DNA of 63,950 nt, counting the filler, from Octopus bimaculoides (lineage: Eukaryota), in NCBI RefSeq assembly GCF_001194135.2. It is 5 parts of 5 records of this genome, joined end to end, with 100 filler letters (N's around TTAATTAATTAA, not from the genome) between each part and the next. Parts side by side here need not be neighbours in the genome. Positions count along the whole stretch, not along the records: positions 1 to 22,361 come from NC_068989.1; positions 22,462 to 45,595 come from NC_068987.1; 3 more parts are not named here. One strand, 5' to 3'. Position 1 is the first letter of the stretch; the number at the start of each line of letters is the position of its first letter. A program made the translations under genes and the position numbers. Of this stretch, positions 15,213 through 27,075 are shown piece by piece. Below the pieces are notes generated by a model that had not been told where the DNA came from, did not search any database, and saw only the letters and a list, made by a program, of their open reading frames with translations.

Positions 15213-15358
15213 AAAATAATTTTCTAGGCGAAGTCTTCATCAACAGGTAATTGAAAAATTATAATGTATAAGCACGGGACACATGGTGGATTGCCTCGTA
15301 CTTATATGTTTAATCTCGGCGTACCTGTTGATGAAGAGTTCGTCTTGCAAATTATTTT
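15213..15358. repeat. Foldback: 37-bp inverted arms (33/37 match) around a 72-nt loop
   Basis: 15213-15249 versus 15322-15358 compared base by base. Confidence 0.85.
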
Positions 15359-15684
15359 ATTTTGCTAAAAAATGTCAGAAATCATGGTCCAGGGGATAGA
15401 TGATAAATGTTTTTATTTGTCATTCCCTTCGAGGTTTATCTCTAATAGTGGTTGTGATTTTGACTGTTACTTTTGGCGTGCCAGGAATTCTATGACGGAT
15501 ACCTCCTATGTGTTTCAATGCACACTGTATTTATATGAAAAATATATAGTCTATTACTAATTTTTCTACATGCTAGGCCACTAGTAGTAAAAATTTCAAA
15601 AAAATTTATTACCGTGATATTATTAATTTTATATCACATCTATTTTTGTTCCTCCATTTTACTCACTATTTACTATCTTATTTA

Positions 15685-15967
15685 AATTAACAATTGCTTA
15701 ACCATCCTCTCACACTGTCTCTGATGAAGGGATATAATAAATATCCTGGAAACAGCTGTAAGATCTATTTATAAATATTCTAAAATATACAGTGCCTTGG
15801 TTTTTAATCTCATTACGAAATATAAATCCTTATATACACACGCTGATATATGACCTACGTTGGACGCCTTATTCGCATAATCACCGAATCTGGAGCTTAA
15901 CTATGGTCTATCAATAGCACTTACTCAGCATTACCTGAAACCTCTGGGTCTCATCGACACCACTACC
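15685..15967 (+). repeat. ~290-bp dispersed repeat containing the hammerhead motif (Penelope-terminus or retrozyme-like), copy 2
   Basis: Collinear with 5775-6056 (shared gggatataataaata, gctgtaaga, gcataatcaccgaa, atagcacttactcagcattacctga). Confidence 0.8.
15717..15764 (+). ncRNA. Minimal type I hammerhead ribozyme motif with palindromic stem III
   Basis: gtct-CTGATGA-a-gggatat-aataa-atatcct-g-GAAA-c-agct-GTA-agat: full core, 7-bp stem II, ACAGCTGT palindrome, 4-bp stem I; 10.1:11.1 is A.G rather than G-C. Confidence 0.7.
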
Positions 15968-16479
15968 AGGCTTCTAATGAGGATATCTTTTAACCATAAA
16001 TTATACGAACTATGGCCGAAATGGACCATATGTGCGGGTGGTGCCAACGTCGCTTGGTATTAGTGTATGTATGGACGGGGCGTCAGCGAATGTTTGTGTA
16101 CGCGTCTCGACCTAAGCTAGCTAGCTAAACAACATTTCGCTCGCTAGACATTTCAGCCTGCATATACATCTTCCCTTTCCTGTTTCTAGTAACATTCCTT
16201 TGTTTTAAACCCAATGTAATTCAATTCATCCCGGTCCATCTATTCACTCCAACTACAACTGGCATATAATAACATGACAACCTAAACTCAGGATCTTTGG
16301 CGAGACACAACTTTATTATGTAGAGATGTAACTGATGAGCCTATACTGCAAAATGGATGCAACACAATATGTGGAACAGACTCGTACCTATAAGGGACAG
16401 TAGCAAGATGGGTCGAAACAACTGTTGTGCAAAATAAAGGTTAATACCAAATCTATCTTCTTGTTACTTAAGAAATTAT

Positions 16480-16558
<79 letters not shown>

Positions 16559-16959
16559 AGCGTGTGCACATCTATTCTTGTGCTCCTTTGTCATCTTTCC
16601 GTGCAACATTTTACTTAAAATACAATTGTGACTGTATATTAAACTAAATACATTATATTCAATATGAAAGAATTGTCTTTGCATACATATTAACTTATAA
16701 TAGTTATGCCAACACATTTATCATTGTCTTATAAAGCTCATGTGATATTAATATACTTCTATGAAAAAGTAAGCTAATGAATGAGAACGAATGACGTTGG
16801 TGGTAAAAAGAGTAGAGGAGGAATTAAAACGACCTGAACGTTTTCCTCTTTCTCATTTCTATCAATTTAACTCCATACATTACTAGTGTAGCATACAAAA
16901 TTAATGAGGATCTTGGGATAGTGCAATCATATATTAACATTATTGTGTTTTATTTAATT

Positions 16960-17098
16960 CTAATAAAATATAATATGATATATTATAATATAATACGATA
17001 TCATACTATAATATAATATTATATAATATATCATAATATAATATAATGTAATATAATATAATACAATATAATATAATATAATATAATATAATATATGA
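16960..17098. repeat. (ATAAT/ATATA)n low-complexity tract
   Basis: Direct inspection. Confidence 0.85.
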
Positions 17099-18264
17099 CA
17101 ATCGGCATAATTTTTAGACCATTAGAGTTACTTCCCATAGATATTCCGAGTTAACTCTTTCAGTTTTAACTCACACTTTGTCAATTTTTCTTTCGTCATT
17201 TAGAGAGCGAAAAATAACTACCAGTTGCCGTAGTCGCTTTCTTCCAGATTCGACCAACATATATTTACCTATGTGAATATCGCTTGATCGATACCTGAGG
17301 GATGAGCGTTTCCAAGTTAATATGTCTTATATTCATTCGCAATGTTCCTCGCGCAAGAGATACTGAAAGATTAAACATGAGGATTGTAGTCCTTTTAGAA
17401 AAAAATAAACGATACGTTACTAAAGCTTTACAAGGAAAGCCTGTCCATGTATATTCTAGGTTGACCGTTGACCGCACGTACATTTTTATTAGAATCAACG
17501 CACAAAGGAAGCTAATATGCTTACGGAAGGTTTTCTTGATGGAACCAAATATTTACCTCATATAATTCAATAATAAAATAATAAGAAATATAAACTTTAA
17601 AATGTAATGCATTTACTTGGTTGATCAACGTGGCATATGCGCGATGGTTCAATCATAGATGTGCACGTACTTTGCTAATAAAGGTAATTTACTTACGACC
17701 AAAGTTCTGCCTTCATTCGCAACGAAATTTTCGAGTGATCATTGGGGCCTATATTTCAATGCAGTGGAAACATAGGGAGAAATATGTCAATTATGAAAAT
17801 ATAAGAAACTGTAAAGAAATTATTATTTTGTAAATATGTAATATAGCGAGTGTAAAAGATTGAACGTTTACCCTAACATGATATTGAAAATATTTTCCAT
17901 GTTTTATTTAAAGCATATTCAATTATAGCTATTTTCAGAAGTAATGCAAAATGTCAATGGGTATTTTTGCATATAAACTTAAAGGCGAATCACAACGCAT
18001 GTTACTTGCACAATTTAGAAACCCATTTCGAAACAGCATTTGATAAATGTTTGCACTGAATTTCTTATCCGACGTTATCATACCTATTTCATGTAAAATC
18101 TATAACACTAGTTTACGATAGTTACGTGATATTCGGTCTGGATGCGCATAGCAAAACATATGTTAATGTTTAACGCTAAATAATGTATATGAAAAAAATT
18201 GTGGATACATACAAATATATGTATAAATTGCAAATAGACGCACACACCTGCACTTACGCGCACC

Positions 18265-18323
<59 letters not shown>

Positions 18324-19299
18324 NNNNNNNNNNNNNNNNNNNNNNNNNNNNNNNNNNNNNNNNNNNNNNNNNNNNNNNNNNNNNNNNNNNNNNNNNNNNN
18401 NNNNNNNNNNNNNNNNNNNNNNNNNNNNNNNNNNNNNNNNNNNNNNNNNNNNNNNNNNNNNNNNNNNNNNNNNNNNNNNNNNNNNNNNNNNNNNNNNNNN
18501 NNNNNNNNNNNNNNNNNNNNNNNNNNNNNNNNNNNNNNNNNNNNNNNNNNNNNNNNNNNNNNNNNNNNNNNNNNNNNNNNNNNNNNNNNNNNNNNNNNNN
18601 NNNNNNNNNNNNNNNNNNNNNNNNNNNNNNNNNNNNNNNNNNNNNNNNNNNNNNNNNNNNNNNNNNNNNNNNNNNNNNNNNNNNNNNNNNNNNNNNNNNN
18701 NNNNNNNNNNNNNNNNNNNNNNNNNNNNNNNNNNNNNNNNNNNNNNNNNNNNNNNNNNNNNNNNNNNNNNNNNNNNNNNNNNNNNNNNNNNNNNNNNNNN
18801 NNNNNNATATATATATATATATACGTACATACATGGTCAGCAAACATCGCTTTATTACTAATATTTCCCATTTATGTAATTGCCCACTTATGGTGGCATT
18901 GCAATTATCGTATCATCCTAAGAGAAGAAATTCAGTTTATACTGGCTATGTCATCTGCATATTCTGGTGGTATATTATTATTTTTACATATTTAGCCAAG
19001 CAATAATTACGGATTGAATTTAACTGTACAAAGGAATGAATGAAGCTGTGCGGTTTATTTCTAATTGTCTTTGATCTCTCAATAGCTAGATTATGATCGA
19101 TTCTTGAAACGGCTTACACGTTGGGTCTATGAGAAAATCAGGGACTTTCACACTGCTTCGGTTTACTCAGTGTAATGCGTACTATACCAGTTGCAGGGAA
19201 TAATCTCTCACTCTAGCCATGGTATATTACACTGTCTTCTTTTAAAGAATTAGGAAGCCGAGTGGGCTGAAATAAACTCCAGCGTATACGGGTGGTTTA

Positions 19300-19620
19300 G
19301 TTTTCAGTGTATTTGGCTCACCGTCGCAACGTCATGAATCCAACTCCTGGTGGTGAATTTTGGCCTTGACCAAACTGTTTCTTTCATGATCCTCCAGTTC
19401 ACTCAGCTAGCAAAAATGAGTAGTAAATGTATTTCAAGTGGCCAGACTTGTCACATTCTACATCGTGCTGAATTTTCCTGAGATCTACGTTAATGGTACG
19501 CATGTCTGTGGATTGTTCAGCCGCTTACACATTAATCTAACGGGCGGGTTGTCACGTTGATCGGATCAATAATAACACGCCTCGTCAAAACCGACTGAGA
19601 GCCGAATAAGCACCTCAACC
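19300..19620 (+). mobile_element. Probable SINE with central core (cagttcactcagctagcaaaaatgagta) and distinct tail
   Basis: Core resembles CACTCAGCTG...AATGAGTA core domains of metazoan SINE superfamilies; single copy in window. Confidence 0.4.
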
Positions 19621-20158
19621 AATTTGTACTCTCATGATAAATGCTACCGTCATAGCAAACTGATTTGACAATGGCAACCGTACTTGAACATTGATTGCAG
19701 TATAAGGTATGTAACCCGCAAATATTCATTGCATGATTCAGTTTCATGTCGATAAGTTCAAAATTCACTTAAATTCCTGTTACATTTCTGCGTCAATACA
19801 ATAACCATTGAATTCTTTTTTGACTTTTACAATTCAGTCAAGTACGTGGCTACAGTTTTCTCCACTGATTTCGGTATTTTGAATGCATGTGCTGTTAATC
19901 TACTTTAAAATGTTTTGTGGATGATATCGATCCAACTTCTAAATATATTCTGATATTTATTGCATCGATTTGTATTTATCGAACTGCTGATTTAAGCTTT
20001 CTCCTAAAGTGCCCTCAGTCTAGGGAATAGTATACATAAAGACAATAATGATACAGCATGCATCACTGCACAAAAGATACATGCACACACGCACGCACAC
20101 ATATATACACACACATACATAGATACATATACATATATCTATATGCATATATATATGC

Positions 20159-20234
<76 letters not shown>

Positions 20235-20589
20235 GTGTGTGTGTGTGCGTGTGTGTGTGTATGAGTGCATGTATGTATAGATATAGCGTTGCTATTATTT
20301 TAAGCTGTCGTATGTCCAAATTTGGACAATCGGTTTTTGTTTTTGCTTGCAGTAGCCAGTTGTTTTGATCAAACCATCGTATCACCAACTGCATCAGATG
20401 CCAAAATATCGACAATTGGGAAAATGTAGTACAACGGTTTTGCTATGGAATGTCGAAAGTATTTTCTCGTTCTCTGGAAAAGCAACCTTTTGTATTTACG
20501 ACAGTTTTCCATAATAGCAACGTTATATTGGTATGTATGTATGTATATATGTGTGTGTATGTATGTATATATACATATTCATCGGCCCC

Positions 20590-21560
20590 AACCACCACTA
20601 TTTACTTTCTTCCGAAGAACGCCGGCCGCACCATCGTTTCCACCTGTAACTGACCCACGGAACTGATATCGAAATACCTCGACCGTGTCCTTGCACCTCT
20701 AGCGGCCCCCCCACTCCAACATCCACCACACTAACGATGCTCTCCGTGTTTTCAACTCTTTCGCCTTCCTTCTTGGCCCCTCTAAACTTCTCTTTACTCT
20801 TGATATGAAGAGTCTATATACAGTCATCCGACACAATGAAGGACTTCTTGCCCTCGGAACACTTCCTTGACCTTCAACACAACCTCCAACCTCACACATC
20901 CACATTTCTTCGTCTGGCCGAACTTGTTCTCTCCCTCAGATGATTCTCATTCGCGGGGGAGCTCTACCAACAAGTGACGTGAGTGGCCATAGGAACAAGA
21001 ATGGTCCTCAACTATGCGAAGCCCAAATATTTTCAAGATTCACTGGTCCCACTCCCAAACTATACCGCATTATAGTAATGAATCTATTGGTACGACCTCG
21101 CTCCCAAGCGAACAACTAGATTCCTTCCTCTCTTTTGTCTAATCCTTCCATCTACAGTTTCTTCTCTAACCCTACCACCCTACCTGGTTCGTTCACTGCC
21201 TCAATCCACACTGCCGCACTTGCTCCTACTTCTCCAACACCACCATCCTCACAGGCACTCATCATCATCGCTATCATATCAATGACTCAGTTACCTCCAC
21301 TTCTACCAGCGTCATTCACCGCAACTCCTGATCTTTCTGCCCTTCTCTGTACATCGGGACCCCATTGACTGACCAGTTCGCTGAGCGAAATATTACACTC
21401 GGCAATGATACCCCGGTCTCACGCCATTTCCGCTCTACCTGTCATTCATTACAACACATGACTGTTCGGATTTTCTTTGCATCCAGAATCCCGCCTTCGC
21501 AGTGAATATTGGTTAATCTTTTCTTCGCTACTTTGCTCCACATGGGCTCAACCCTCTTCT
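20590..21560 (+). mobile_element. Penelope-like element remnant: reverse transcriptase plus GIY-YIG endonuclease
   Basis: GRTIVSTCN*PTELISKYLD, FTLDMKSLYTVIRHNEGL, GVAIGTRM and LLYIG...DQFAE...GNDTPVSRHF motifs, frameshifted. Confidence 0.85.
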
Positions 21561-22049
21561 CCTCTTCATCAGATCCTCTCCTCTTCTCTCTTCCTCTGAC
21601 ACCAACTTTTTCTCTTCACTCCCATCCACCTCTCCTCATCTTTCTTGCCCTGACACTGACTTCCTCACTTCACTCCTACCCACATTCTCCCTTCATTGAT
21701 ATCCCCTTCAGCCACCCCCTACTCCCACACACCACACACCACACACTTTTACACCTACACCGCATCACACCACCCTAAACCACTCTGTACTGACCACTTC
21801 CCAGCAGCCACACCATCATTCACACATTCGCACATTACAAACGCACACGATTACACACGCAAACACCCACACATCAAAGTCAACAGCCCCTATCCACACG
21901 CACACACTTACACACTCCCACTTACACACATGCATGCGCACCTTCTTTTTGGGATCACCAGTATTTTATTATCTCTTCTTCTTCCTAACTGTCATGTCCA
22001 ACTACCTTCCTCCAGCCAGTCGCCATAATTGACAACTAAATCCACAAGT

Positions 22050-22335
22050 TCTTGTTTTATTCCCTCTGTCTCTGTTTATTTCCTCGTGTTCCTGTCTTTC
22101 TGTGTTTTTTCTGTAAATTCCAAGTATATACATAAGAATATAAACTTACTGTTAAGAAATGTCTGGTAGTGTGTTGCGTGTGTTTCTCACCTTGTTTTTT
22201 CTGTGTTCCTTCGTGTGGAAGAGCGTAGGTTCGAAACGTTAAAGACTTTTTCATTTTTCGAGCGTTATACTAATACATTTGTTTGTCTTCTGCACCACCT
22301 GTCTACGTCTTTCGTTTTTCTTCTGAATTCTCCCT
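22050..22335 (+). mobile_element. Probable Penelope-like terminal repeat downstream of the RT remnant
   Basis: Follows the PLE ORF and its pyrimidine-rich 3' region; contains gaagagcgtaggttcGAAACGTTAaagac. Confidence 0.45.
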
Positions 22336-22361
22336 ATATATATATATATATATATATATAT

Positions 22362-22461
22362 NNNNNNNNNNNNNNNNNNNNNNNNNNNNNNNNNNNNNNN
22401 NNNNNTTAATTAATTAANNNNNNNNNNNNNNNNNNNNNNNNNNNNNNNNNNNNNNNNNNNN
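22362..22461. other. Artificial scaffold-joining spacer N44-TTAATTAATTAA-N44
   Basis: Exact 100-bp layout; the 12-mer has stop codons in all six frames; repeated four times in the window. Confidence 0.95.
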
Positions 22462-22850
22462 TCAGTGCACCCTCCCCCACTACTAACTTGGTCACCCAGA
22501 TAGCGGAAGCTATCAACTACGTCTAGTTTTTCCCCCTGGAATGTGGCAGAAGTTGTTTTCTGTACATTTACAGTGTTTATAGCTCCTGAACATCTGCTAC
22601 ATACAAAAACTAACTTCCTAGTTAACCTTCCTTTGATATTGCTGCACCTCTTATGTGTCCATAGCTTGCACTGGGTGCATCTTATAAAGTTTCTACCTAC
22701 GCCTTTGCTACAGATCGAGCAGGGCCATCTACCTGAAGGGGTTTGTGTGTTGTCTACCTTCCTACTTATTAGGACTTTGGTTTTAGCTAGGTCGACTCTA
22801 AGGCCCTTCGAGTCTAGTCCTTGCTTCCACACCTGCTTATTCAGGTAATC
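22462..22850 (-). mobile_element. RTE-clade LINE fragment (post-RT Cys-rich region), same strand as TPR
   Basis: WKQGLDSKGLRVDLAKTK...WPCSICSKGVG...CTQCKLWTHKRCS...SFRYLGDQVSSGGGC open for 140 aa; homologous to 24095-24425 in opposite orientation. Confidence 0.9.
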
Positions 22851-23050
22851 TGAGGCTAAACAACAATTTCTACTCCAATGACAAGTGGTTTGCAGTGTCT
22901 TGACATTACACAGTGAGGACCCATTACAGTGATGGCCTATTAGAGTGACAACCCATTATGGCGAGGTTCCATTACAGTGATGATCCACCCATGCAAGTAC
23001 ATAGTCAGTACTAATATAAAAGTTGATGCAGTAGCAAAACCAGTACCAAC

Positions 23051-23188
23051 CTTAAAAGTCAATTCTTTCACCTGCTGTTCCAGTCTTTCTTTCTCTTGTC
23101 TCAGCATTGCATTACTTTCTGTAAACACATTCAAATTCTCCACTTTACGCATTAGCTCGGCATGTTGTGCGGCTGAGTGCACATTGAC
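23051..23188 (-). CDS. TPR: TPR exon, last visible in this block (VNVHSAAQHAELMRKVENLNVFTESNAMLRQEKERLEQQVKELTFK)
   Basis: catttatag/GTC...AAG/gttggt; 138 nt, phase 0-0; matches TPR [32 protein letters not shown]. Confidence 0.95.
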
Positions 23189-23594
23189 CTATAAATGTTA
23201 AGACACACAAACAAACAAAATCTTTTAAATTCGCAAAACATTTATCCTAAAGTTTAAAGGAAAACATTAAAACAGTAAGGGGACAGAAGAATCCATATCG
23301 CAGACAGAATTGTTATCTACAGACATAGACCTAAAGATAAGTGGTATACCTTGTCCGCAGCTATGCTGTATAAGCAGTGAACACTAGCTCCAAGATCTGT
23401 GACACTGCTGGTTTCACCTTCATTATTCATTGACATCAGATCCTTTTAATTGTCTTCGGTTTGTGAGTCTCTTAGAGAACCATAAGAATTCATCAAAATT
23501 TGATTAATTTCATTTAATTTGCATAATTTTAACTCCTTTCAAGCAGGCTATGCACACAGGACACACTGGACTCTGCCATTTTTAAATATTCATA

Positions 23595-25185
23595 TCAAGT
23601 AATGAAAGTCATGGAGAGGGTCGTAGCCCAACTAATTAGGGAGAGAGTCAGTTTAGATGAGATGCAGTTTGGGTTTGTGCCAGAGAAAAGCACCACTGAT
23701 ACTATATTTCTGGTAAGACAGCTGCAGGAGAAATACCTAGCCAAAGATAAACCTCTGTACCTGGCTTTCGTTGACATGGAGAAAGCCTTTGACAGGGTCC
23801 CCCGATCCCTCATCTGATGGTCAATGGGGAAACTAGAGATAGATGAATGATTAGTGAGAGCTATACAAGCTATGTACTGGGATGCTGTCAGTAAGATGAG
23901 GCTTGGCAATGAGTATAGTGAAGAATTACAGGTAGGGGTAGGGGTCTATCAAGGATCAGTCCTCAACCCTCTCTTATTCATCATAATCCTCCAGGCAACA
24001 ACAGAGGAATTCAAGACAGGATGCCCCTGGGAGCTTCTCTACACTGATGACCTTGCTCAAATAGCTGAAGCACTATCAGAACTAGAAGAAAAGTTTCAGG
24101 TGTGGAAACAAGGTCTAGAATCAATGGGCCTTAGAGTCAATCTAGCAAAAACCAGTCTTAATAAGTGGGAAGGCAGACAAAAAACAAATCCTTTGAGATA
24201 GATGATCCTGCTCGATCTGTAGAAAAGGCGTAGGTGCAGTAATATCAAAGGAAGGCTAACTGAGAAGATAGTGTTTGTGTGTGGCAAATGCTCAGAGGCA
24301 AGAAACACAGAAAATGTGCAGAAAACAATTTCCATCACATGCCAGGTGGAAAAACTACTAGTTGATAGCTTCTGGTACCTAGGTGACCAAGTCAGTAGCA
24401 GGGGTGGATGTTCTGAGAGTGTAGCTGCTACAATAAGAATAGACTGGGAAAAGTTCAGAGAGCTTCTACCTCTGCTAGTGACAAAGGGCTTCTCGCTCAT
24501 AGTAAAAGGTAGTGAAAAAATGGTCTGTGACTGTTGAGGACATGCATAAGTGTGCAAGAAATGAATCTAGTATGCTCTGCTGGATGTGTAATGTCAGTGT
24601 GCATACACTGACATTACACAGAGTGAGCGCTCTGAGAGAAAGTTTGAACATAAGAAGCATCAGGTGTGGCTGCAAGAGAGACGACTGCGCTGGTATGGTC
24701 ATGTGTTGGATATGGATGAGGACAGCTCTGTGAAAAAGTGTCACACCCTAGTAGTAGAGGGAACCTGTGAAAGAGGTAGACCCAGGAAGACCTGGGATGA
24801 GGTGATGAAGCATGACCTTCGAAGGCTGGACCTCATTGAGGCGATGACGAGTGACTGAGACCTTTCGAGATATGCTGTTCTTGAGAAGACCCAGCAAGCC
24901 AAGTGTGACTGTAACCATGGCCTATGCCAGTGCAGCATAACTGGTCCATTTAAGAGTACCCTTCAAACATTGGGCAATAAACCTTACTTGCGAAGACCTG
25001 TTGAGTCAATTAAAGTCATTGTCGTGGCTGATGCCACTACCATCTGACTAGTGCCTGTTCTGGTGGCATGTAAAAAGTACCATTCAAGCATGGTCAATGT
25101 CAGTGTCACCTGGCATCCAGCTGTAGAAACCATGCCAGATCAGATTCGATCAGACATTAAACTATAATGATGATGATGATGAAGA
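23595..25185 (+). mobile_element. 5'-truncated RTE-clade LINE in a TPR intron (antisense to TPR)
   Basis: QFGF, FVDMEKAFDRVPR, QGSVLNP, YTDDL, RRLRWYGHV, RGRPRKTW motifs; ends in (GAT)n tail near 25165-25182. Confidence 0.92.
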
Positions 25186-25484
25186 AACTACTTGAGTGTT
25201 CCATATAATAACCAAGTCACTATTGCAACTTGGTTTAAAAAAATTCTAGTTGTGAAACATGGACCTTGAAAGCGTCCTCCAATGGAGGTATGCCAAGCTT
25301 GTCTATTTTTCAACAGCAAGAAAACACAAACATGATTGATTACCAAGAAAATATTATTAAACCACACTCCCTTTATTCATGATTATCACTTAGCTAGAGC
25401 TCCGACAATCACTCCAACTGATGAGTGTCACTATCTGAGACCACCTCTCCTGGTAAAAGCACAGTCTTAATATTGTTAAGACTG

Positions 25485-25575
25485 CTTCCACATGGCTGGC
25501 CCTTCTCTTCAGAGCCCGAAGATACTTCAACATCCAACAGTTATTGAAACTCTACAAAGATCAGGTAAGTTCCAA
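25485..25575 (+). mobile_element. Short CR1/L2/Jockey-like LINE RT C-terminal fragment
   Basis: Translates as LLFRARRYFNIQQLLKLYKDQV, like the RRYF...LLxLYKAQVR segment of these clades. Confidence 0.4.
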
Positions 25576-25817
25576 CTGTCATGTAATAACAGTGCTAGCA
25601 ATCTCCAATGAATATAAAAGCTTAAGCTTTAACACTAGTTTCTAAAAATAACTTGTGCCTTGCCATCACAGCCAATAGATGATGTGCATTGTTGTGATAA
25701 CTAAAATGTCAATATTCCAAGAGAGTGACTAAAAGAATAGAGAAACAGAGAAAGGAAAGAAGTTTATGTGTGCGTGTGCCTGCGTTAGAAGGACTGAAGA
25801 CATGACTGTATTGTTAC

Positions 25818-25965
25818 CTGTGAATGTTCCCTTTCTTCAGAAAGATTCTTGCAGGTCTCTTCATACTGTTTCTGGAGACTTTCAAGACGCTGCTTCATAC
25901 GCAACACTTCAGCCTCAGCAACTTCGACACGAGCAACAGAAATTTCTTTTTCCTTCCGCAAAAAT
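25818..25965 (-). CDS. TPR: TPR exon (FLRKEKEISVARVEVAEAEVLRMKQRLESLQKQYEETCKNLSEEREHSQ)
   Basis: ttttcccag/A...CAG/gtaaca; 148 nt = 1+147; matches TPR [27 protein letters not shown]. Confidence 0.95.
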
Positions 25966-26374
25966 CTGGGAAAATAATAGAAGTAGACTTTACTATGCTC
26001 TGATTACATAAAACAGGATTATCTACCAACTGCAATACATAAAATTGGATTAACAATAGTTATATAAAATAAGATTATCACTAAACTGTGATTGTATAAA
26101 ATCAAGTTCTTACAAACTGTGAAATATAAATTGCTATAAATATAATGTATAAAATTGCTTATCAGTGAATATAACATACAAATTTAGGTTTCCACTGTGT
26201 TATATAAATTCACATTACCATTAGACAATATATAAATTGAGTTACCACTAATCACTATGTGTTTGAAAAGTTCACTTCCCAACCACAGAATAAGAGGAGA
26301 ATTGTAGAGAAGAATTTTGAAAAAGCATAAATGAGTAGAATAAAAACAAAAATAGTAGAACAATTATCACAAAC

Positions 26375-26595
26375 CTGATGACCTCAAGGAGTTGTTCAGA
26401 CGATTTTTCTTTCTCCTCCAGAGAAGTATTAAGGATACTGGAAGCCTCAGCTGACTTTTGAATATGAGCTACTTGCACAGATAACTGTGCAAGTTGTTCA
26501 TGTAAAATATTATTTTGGTGAACAAGATCACTGCAACGTCCTTCAATCTGGCTGATTTCACTCTTCAATATTCTTTCTTGTTCAGCCCATGATGC
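26375..26595 (-). CDS. TPR: TPR exon (ASWAEQERILKSEISQIEGRCSDLVHQNNILHEQL...SSEQLLEVIR)
   Basis: cattcaag/GCA...ATCAG/gtttgt; 221 nt; conserved SW.E.ER.LK.E, QN..LHEQ and S.EQLLEVIR motifs. Confidence 0.95.
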
Positions 26596-26759
26596 CTTGA
26601 ATGGTGGGGAGAAAAAACCAAAAAGCTATTATGATCATTTCCACTAACACTAACAGAGTAGAACATGAACTTTGTTTAAAAATTATAAAGCCCTGATGAT
26701 ACTTTTGTTTGATTTTACTGATTTAGATGTTATATGAGATAAAAGATGAACCTTATCTT

Positions 26760-27075
26760 TTACTCGTTTCAGTCATCAGACTGTGAGCTATGCTGGGACA
26801 CTGCCTCAAAATTTTAGTTGAATGAATTGACACCAGTATATTTTTTTATGAGCCTGATACTTATTCTATCAGTCACTTTTGTTGGACAACTAAGTTACAG
26901 GGATGCAAACACACCAACACTGGTTGACAAGTGGTGGTGGTGGGAACAAACACAGACACATGATGATTGGCTTCTTTCAGTTTCTGTCTACCAAATCCAC
27001 TCACAAGACTTTGGTCAGTCTGAGGCTATAGCAGAAGATACTTGCCAAAGGTGCTACACAGTGGGGTCAAACCCA
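26760..27075 (-). mobile_element. tRNA-derived SINE family B
   Basis: Collinear with 49741-50189 (tttcagtttctgtctaccaaatccactcacaag; tail tttcagtcat). Confidence 0.8.

Noticed and set aside
16010-16265. Possible solo LTR ending ctacaactggc
   Set aside because: No second LTR, TSD or internal domain visible
25513-25564. Plus-strand exon-like segment (cttctcttcag...CAG/gtaagt) suggesting an antisense nested gene
   Set aside because: It translates as a LINE RT fragment and I found no partner exons; splice-like signals may be coincidental
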